DNA from: Ktedonobacterales bacterium
Lineage (GTDB): Bacteria; Chloroflexota; Ktedonobacteria; Ktedonobacterales; JADMIN01
Reading direction: 5' to 3'
DNA length: 32,000 bases
Assembly (NCBI GenBank): GCA_030167145.1
Contig: CP126532.1
Span: forward strand, 330,001-362,000
The translations under genes were made by a program, and so were the position numbers. The notes beneath the pieces were generated by a model, which searched no databases, had not been told where the DNA came from, and worked only from the letters and a program-made list of their open reading frames with translations. Positions 27,102-32,000 of this stretch are shown in pieces (positions within the stretch are counted from its first letter, which is position 1; the number at the start of each line of letters is the position of its first letter).

Positions 27102-28143
27102 TCATCCCCCTGTTGACAGCAAAACGGACAGCAAAACGGACAGCAAAACCTCCAAACCGGCACGCGCTTGTGCGGTGTCACGGGCAAGTAACGACATCAT
27201 CACCACAGCGGCATCCTGCTGCACATCCGGTATCACATGCGAATAGATGTCCAGCGTGATACTCACCGACGCGTGCCCCAGCATCTCGGAGACCACCTTC
27301 GGGTTCACCCGCGACCCCAGCAGCAACGTCGCCGCTGTATGCCGCAGATCGTGGAACCGGATGCGCGACAGACCCGCACGCTCCACCAACCGCAGAACGC
27401 ATGGTACACACCGCTCGCATCCAGCGGCCCACCCGTCGCGCCACAAAACACCAGATCCTGTCCAATTCCCTGCTCGTGCCACGCCGCACCCAGCAGCAAC
27501 CGCTCATGATGCTGCGCCACCCTATGCCGCCGCAGCGCCTCCACCGCGAGCGCTGCCTGCGCGATCTGCCTGCGCGAGCGTTTCGTCTTCGTCTCACTCA
27601 ACATCAGCGCCCCCGACTGGTCCCGCTGCAACGTCGCACGCACCCGCAACACCAGCAGGTTGCCAACACCAGATAGATCCCCCAGGTCCACCTCCTGCCA
27701 GCGCAGCGCCAAAAGTTCACCCTGCCGCATGCCAGTGGTCACCGGCACAACATGCAACGCTTCGAGCCGCTCACCCACCGCAGCCGCCAGGAACCGTTGC
27801 GCCTCCTCCCGCGTGAAAAACCGCATCTCCCGCTCACGCATGCGCGGCACATCCACCAATCCCAAACGCAGCACCGCCGAGAGCGCCTTACCCGGCCCAA
27901 CACCGGTACGATGTGGAGCCGCACATACTCGCTGTGCCGCTTCCACGTCGAGTGCCGCAGCGTCGGCGCCACCGGCAGCCCGGCATCCAGCGCACGTCTG
28001 GCCTCGCTCAAGCGCCGCTGGACCTCCTGCCGCGTCTTGCCTGTGAAACTCTTGCGCCGCCCATCCTCAAGCGTCAGTTGCGATACCCACCGACCATCCG
28101 CACGCTTGAAGATCGTCCCTTCACCATGTCCGCGTCGTGGCAT
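27102..28143 (-). pseudogene. int: tyrosine recombinase/phage integrase, frameshifted at least twice with probable internal deletions
   Basis: N-terminus MPRRGHGEGTIFKRADGRWV.., a middle fragment (..GMRQGELLALRW..) and a C-terminal catalytic fragment (IRFHDLRHTAATLLL...GHASVSITLDIYSHV) lie in three different frames. Confidence 0.85.
27106..27139. repeat. 12-bp direct repeat ACAGCAAAACGG, about 2.8 copies
   Basis: Read directly. It overlaps the last codons of the integrase frame, about 90 bp from the tRNA 3' end. Confidence 0.9.
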
Positions 28144-28178
28144 GCTGTGCCCAGTTCCATTTCTTTTGTAGCACATGG

Positions 28179-28565
28179 CTATATGAAGGGTCGCGTGGGA
28201 TAGGGTATCGCTGCCGAGCCATCGCCTGGCCTGCTTGGCCCACCCTGCCCCAACGCGGCGATATACGCTTCCAACGTCGCCACCGGCACCAGCCGTCGTC
28301 CGCCATCTTTGATCGAGAAGATCTCTCCCCGCATCAGCTTCGGATACAACTTCGCGCGACAGATGCCCAACGCCAGTGCCGCTTCCGATGGCGTCAGCAA
28401 CAGCTTCGGCACGACGGCAGAAGCATACTGCTTGGATGATCGCTTCACCTGTGCCTTCGACGTCGCCAACGCCGCATTCACTGCCGCAGGTGTTCGCTGA
28501 ACTCTCATCGCCAACGCCGCATTCACTGCCGCAGGTGTTCGCTGAACTCTCATCGCCATCACCAC
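28179..28565 (-). CDS. excisionase-family/MerR-like HTH DNA-binding protein
   Basis: LLLTPSEAALALGICRAKLYPKLMRGEIFSIKDGGRRLVPVATLEAYI. Located directly upstream of the integrase. The N-terminus carries an in-frame 15-aa duplication. Confidence 0.7.
   Translation of the reverse strand: MVMAMRVQRTPAAVNAALAMRVQRTPAAVNAALATSKAQVKRSSKQYASAVVPKLLLTPSEAALALGICRAKLYPKLMRGEIFSIKDGGRRLVPVATLEAYIAALGQGGPSRPGDGSAAIPYPTRPFI
28463..28552. repeat. perfect 45-bp tandem duplication, in frame, encoding MRVQRTPAAVNAALA twice
   Basis: Read directly: 28463-28507 and 28508-28552. Confidence 0.9.
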
Positions 28566-28885
28566 ACCTCCACCCGCTCTATCTCACCTTCGCGCGCCTC
28601 GTACCGCCCACTGGCAGTCCACCCTACCCGCTGGTCCGTCCCGCTCCCGTGCGAATACCCCCGCAGCGTACATTTATAGTAGGCCTTGTCCTGGTAGCTG
28701 ACCCGCACCAACTGCACGCACGTCTTACAGGTCAGTCCCGCTGGTCCCGCGCCATACACCGCCACCAGCGGATTACCCGCCTGACGCCGCCGTATATCCC
28801 GAAGTCGCGCACGACTCCGTGCGCGTTCTTGCTCCTGCCTGATACGTTCTGCGCGTTCGGCATCTGACACACGAGCGTCCCACAT
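28559..28885 (-). CDS. hypothetical protein (Arg-rich N-terminus; CxxC plus a downstream Cys)
   Basis: 108-aa ORF that overlaps the downstream excisionase-like gene by 7 nt. No family recognised. Confidence 0.5.
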   Translation of the reverse strand: MWDARVSDAERAERIRQEQERARSRARLRDIRRRQAGNPLVAVYGAGPAGLTCKTCVQLVRVSYQDKAYYKCTLRGYSHGSGTDQRVGWTASGRYEAREGEIERVEVW

Positions 28886-28906
28886 CGCCAGCTTCCGAGC
28901 CGCCCT

Positions 28907-29080
28907 CTAGTTCACCTCCACCGTCACCGGCTCACCCCACAACGACTCTACTTCAATGGTCTCTGCGATGGTCTCTGCGATGGTCTCTGCGATGGTCTCT
29001 GCGATGGTCTCTGCGATGGTCTCTGCGATGGTCTCTGCGATGGTCTCTGCGATCTGGTGCGCCTTCATCGTGTTCATCAT
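28907..29080 (-). CDS. unannotated 57-aa ORF: MMNTMKAHQ-(IAET)x8-IEVESLWGEPVTVEVN
   Basis: Manual translation. AAAGGAGG lies 7 nt upstream of the ATG at 29080, and the TAG stop is at 28909-28907. It is the first gene of the minus-strand int/xis string and is too short for the ORF track. Confidence 0.45.
   Translation of the reverse strand: MMNTMKAHQIAETIAETIAETIAETIAETIAETIAETIAETIEVESLWGEPVTVEVN
28956..29051. repeat. perfect 12-bp tandem repeat ATGGTCTCTGCG x8
   Basis: Read directly. No spacers, so it is not a CRISPR array. Confidence 0.95.
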
Positions 29081-29600
29081 CGCCGTGCCTCCTTTGCCAC
29101 ATTGCGTGGCCCCAGATAGCGCAACTCACCCGGCGGTGTCCAGTCGAACAACCCTTGCTGACCACGTAGCGGAATTGGCTCAAGTAGCCGGACCTCAGAG
29201 AACACCCAACCGTAGCGGCCAGAGTGATAATTAACATGAATCCTGGATAAGCTCGGCCCCTGGCCCGGCCAGGAGGTGGCGGTCGAGATGCAGCGACGGT
29301 TTCTTGGGCTGGTGGCAGTAGGCAATGAGACCAGCCAGCAGGTGAACGAGGAAGTTGAGCGGGCTGTGATGGCGGGTATGTCGATCTGGCAGACGTTCTT
29401 GCGCTGGTCGTTAATGCTCTCGATGATGGCGCGCTTGCGCAGCAGCAGCGTGTCGGTAACCGCCAGCAGTCGCTCGCGCATGTTCTTGCGCAACGTGGTA
29501 ACGAGCTGGATGCCAGGCTCGATCAAGAGGTGCTCGGCCAGCGGCTGCGAGATATAGCCCCGGTCGCCAAAGAGTTTACCGAAGAGGCGGCGCACCAGGC

Positions 29601-29626
29601 GAGGCACAGGACGGAGGCACGGGGCG
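29601..29626. repeat. 13-bp tandem duplication, GAGGCACAGGACG / GAGGCACGGGGCG (11 of 13 identical)
   Basis: Read directly. Removing 13 bp restores ..[23 protein letters not shown]... Confidence 0.8.
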
Positions 29627-29969
29627 GCGGTCATCCACGTTGCCGGGGGTGAGGCAGACGGCCAGCAGTTCGCCGCGGCCATTGACCACCAGATGCAACT
29701 TGAAGCTGTAGAACCCGCCGACCGAGGTCTTGCCGCGTCGCGCATCGGCCCGAAAGACGCGGTGCTGCGAGATGTGCGCATTGTGGCAGACGTGCAACGC
29801 GGTGGAGTCCACAAAACTCAGGTTGGTACATGACCCCAGTTGGGGGTATGCAGGTAGACCGCCAGCGGCAGCACCACGCGCGGCAGGAGCGCGACAAAGC
29901 GGGTGGAGCTGACCAACTGCGGAAACTCGGCGCGCAACTGGACCTGAACCTGTTGCGTAGAAAAGCCCT

Positions 29970-29991
29970 TGAACGTCCGGTGAACGTCCGG
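29970..29991. repeat. perfect 11-bp tandem duplication, TGAACGTCCGG x2
   Basis: Read directly. Confidence 0.95.
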
Positions 29992-30376
29992 TAGCCCGAC
30001 TGCTGAAAGAGAATCAAGATGGTCATGATCTCACTCGGACGCAGTCGGGTCACACGCTTGCGCCGCCGCTTCCCTGCGGCGACCAGTTCGCGTTCCCAGA
30101 GCGGCGCAAACTGCTGCCAGAACGTATCCACCGAACAGTACAGGTCGAGTATACTCATGCTAATGCCTCCGGGTAGGGACTGATGGGTCGGGATAGACCG
30201 CATCATATCCCTGCCGTAGGCATTTCGCTTATCCAGAATTCACGTCGTGTTATTCTTGGCGCAATCTGCCCCTTGACAAAGCAATGCGTTCAAGGCATTC
30301 TTGTCGTGAGCGATTCCGGGAGCGATTCCGAGGCATTTCGAATTGAGGGATGCGCCGCGAGAGTGAAGGGGGCAGC

Positions 30377-31489
30377 ATGGCAAAGAGACCAACGATCGAA
30401 GATATTGCACGGTTGGCGGGGGTCTCGCGCACCACGATTTCACGCGTCTTGAATCACCGTCCTGATGTGGATCGTGCCACACGTGAACGTGTTTTGCAGG
30501 TCATCGAAGAGCAGGGCTATGTGCCGAGTCTGACGGCTGCGGGGTTGGCAGGAGGACGCAATCGGCTGCTGGGCATGCTGTTGCCAGTCTTCACCTGGCC
30601 GATCATTCCCGATCTTATCCGTGGCATCAGCGAAATCTTGAAGCAGACTCCCTATGAACTGGTCCTCTACACCTTCAATGATGAAGACTTGCATCGCGAC
30701 CGGCGTGACGTTATCAACCGTTTGCTCGCGACCAACCTGACTGCGGGACTGCTTGGAGTGTTTCCGGGCGCATTGTCCGCGCAATTGACAGAACTGTATG
30801 ACCACGGCGTGCCAGTGGTCATCATTGACGACCAGCAAGCACAGACCACGCCATGGGTACGCGCGGACAACGTTACCGGAGCCTATGAGGTGGTACATCA
30901 TCTGACCGTGCTCGGGCATCGCCGGATCGCCCACATCCAGGGGCCGGCTGAATATCTTGCCTCGCACGACCGCCACCAAGGCTATCTCCGTGCTCTCGAG
31001 GAGACAGGCATAGTGCCGGATCCCGCGCTCATCCTCGAAGGGGACTTCCTGCCGCAATCTGGCTACGAGGGCGCCAATCGGCTCTTTGATATGCCGCCCG
31101 AAACACGGCCTACCGCCATCTTTGCCGCTGCGGACCAGATGGCGTACGGCGTACTGCGCGCAGCCGAGGAACGCAACATTACGATAGCGAAAGATATCGC
31201 GCTGGTCGGTTTCGACGACGACGCCCCTTCAGCCCATGTGCTGCCACCATTGACGACAGTTCGCCAACCATCCTTTGAAATGGGACAGGAGGCCATCAAA
31301 CTGCTGCTCGATTTGGTCGCCCAGGCGGAAGGGCAAGCCTCCGGGCGTGATAGCGCCGTATCTGCCTACGACAAGGGCGAACACAGACCACTGCAGATTG
31401 TCCTGCCAACGTCGCTTATCGTGCGTGCCTCGTCGGGCGCACCCGATCCTGTTTCTCCTGTTCCAATCCAGCAGCCTTCAATCATGTGA
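30377..31489 (+). CDS. LacI-family transcriptional regulator
   Basis: HTH MAKRPTIEDIARLAGVSRTTISRVLN followed by a periplasmic-binding-protein-like sugar-binding core. Start reassigned to the ATG at 30377, after GAAGGGGG. Confidence 0.9.
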   Translation: MAKRPTIEDIARLAGVSRTTISRVLNHRPDVDRATRERVLQVIEEQGYVPSLTAAGLAGGRNRLLGMLLPVFTWPIIPDLIRGISEILKQTPYELVLYTFNDEDLHRDRRDVINRLLATNLTAGLLGVFPGALSAQLTELYDHGVPVVIIDDQQAQTTPWVRADNVTGAYEVVHHLTVLGHRRIAHIQGPAEYLASHDRHQGYLRALEETGIVPDPALILEGDFLPQSGYEGANRLFDMPPETRPTAIFAAADQMAYGVLRAAEERNITIAKDIALVGFDDDAPSAHVLPPLTTVRQPSFEMGQEAIKLLLDLVAQAEGQASGRDSAVSAYDKGEHRPLQIVLPTSLIVRASSGAPDPVSPVPIQQPSIM

Positions 31490-31557
31490 CATGAAGGCAT
31501 ATGAGCCTGAGCCTGCGGAGGCAGGCAACATTGCGCAGCCTCGTTGTCCGTCGCCCC

Positions 31558-31578
31558 GGGGAACACCGTTCGTTCCCC
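31558..31578. promoter_or_regulatory. inverted repeat GGGGAAC-N7-GTTCCCC upstream of the transporter gene (candidate LacI-type operator or leader hairpin)
   Basis: Read directly. Located about 20 nt upstream of the GGAGGTG RBS. Confidence 0.3.
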
Positions 31579-31599
31579 ATCTGACACTGGAGGTGTGTT

Positions 31600-32000
31600 G
31601 TGGCAGGTCCTCATTTCGCCCGGCGTAGGCCCAGACTTGGATTGTTCCTTTTCGCGTCCTTGCTCGTGATGTCGTTACTGCTTTCCGCTTGTGCCAGCGC
31701 CACAAAGCACGTGGCGCATCGCAACTACGTGACCATCGTGGCAAATGCATCTGGCGATTACACGCAGAACTTCAACCCGTACAACACGTCAAATCTGACG
31801 ACATCGCAGGGAGTGATCTACGAGACGCTGCTCTTCTTTAACCGCGGTGATGAGAGCGTCACGCCATGGCTGGCCTCGAATTATCAGTATTCGAGCGACC
31901 TGACCCAGATTACGTTTACGATGCGCTCAGGAGTGATGTGGTCAGACAATCAGCCGTTCACCAGCGATGATGTGGCGTTCACGCTCAATCTGCTCAAGAA
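31600..32000 (+). CDS. ABC transporter substrate-binding lipoprotein, family 5 (peptide/oligosaccharide type), 5' part; continues beyond the window
   Basis: Manual translation from the GTG at 31600, after GGAGGTG. Signal peptide with lipobox LLLSAC, then ..NFNPYNTSN..GVIYETLLFFN..VTPWLASNY..ITFTMRSGVMWSDNQPFTSDDVAFTLNLLK. Not in the ORF track because no stop lies in the window. Confidence 0.8.
   Translation, partial: MAGPHFARRRPRLGLFLFASLLVMSLLLSACASATKHVAHRNYVTIVANASGDYTQNFNPYNTSNLTTSQGVIYETLLFFNRGDESVTPWLASNYQYSSDLTQITFTMRSGVMWSDNQPFTSDDVAFTLNLLK

Larger units (their letters stand above)
29231..30158 (-). pseudogene. IS982-family transposase with four frame disruptions
   Basis: GGAGG RBS and MSILDLYCSVDTFWQQF.. 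start. The breaks are an 11-bp duplication (29970-29991), a G5 run (29842-29846), a 13-bp imperfect duplication (29601-29626) and a 1-nt loss near 29372-29376. Repaired frames give [21 protein letters not shown] and [30 protein letters not shown]. Confidence 0.8.
29231..30245 (-). mobile_element. IS982-family-like insertion sequence
   Basis: Inverted repeats ACATGAATCCTGGATAAGC (29234-29252) and GCTTATCCAGAATTCACGT (30227-30245), 2 mismatches. No clear TSD. Confidence 0.7.

Noticed and set aside
28240-28256. CCCACCCTGCCCCAAC resembles the tRNA-Trp 3' end plus flank (CCCACCTGCCCAAC), a possible attR
   Set aside because: The match needs two indels, is only about 14 nt in GC-rich sequence, and lies inside the excisionase-like ORF, which would leave the integrase outside the element. 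It is most likely chance.
28956-29051. A regular 12-bp repeat array that might be taken for a CRISPR or mini-array
   Set aside because: The units are directly adjacent with no spacers, are too short, and there are no cas genes. It is a tandem repeat, probably coding.
30308-30331. CGATTCC occurs twice and matches 7 nt of the tRNA T-loop region, a possible degenerate attR after the IS982-like element
   Set aside because: A 7-nt match is far too short to support an att site. It is kept only as an example of a 12-bp near-duplication.

Overview
GC-rich bacterial window of mosaic, accessory character; the taxon cannot be determined from sequence alone. Left to right it contains the following. (1) The 3' part of a tnpB (IS200/IS605-type RNA-guided nuclease) gene abutting a decayed IS5-family transposase remnant. 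(2) A prophage remnant with small and large terminase, a coupled cysteine-peptidase-like gene and a structural-like gene split by a 14-bp tandem duplication. (3) A GNAT acetyltransferase and small membrane or lipoprotein genes. (4) A low-GC stretch followed by an XRE-HTH + ImmA/IrrE metallopeptidase pair, convergent on an intact two-gene operon. That operon encodes an N-terminally membrane-anchored KAP-family P-loop NTPase, translationally coupled through a GTGA overlap to a 995-aa DUF4062/NB-ARC/TPR STAND NTPase. This operon is the best candidate for an uncharacterised defence system. (5) Two abutting dead IS elements, one IS5-like with a TAA target duplication and one IS701-like. (6) A housekeeping block: a GT-C-like membrane protein, a divergent satP-like acetate channel and acs, two EamA transporters and a GntR regulator. 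(7) tRNA-Trp(CCA) followed by a decayed integrative element. It holds a multiply frameshifted tyrosine integrase, an excisionase-like HTH, one unknown ORF and an unannotated 57-aa ORF built from eight perfect 12-bp repeats, followed by a dead IS982-like element. (8) A LacI regulator and the start of a family-5 ABC substrate-binding lipoprotein running off the window. A recurring signature is that mobile-element genes are inactivated by short (11-14 bp) tandem duplications.
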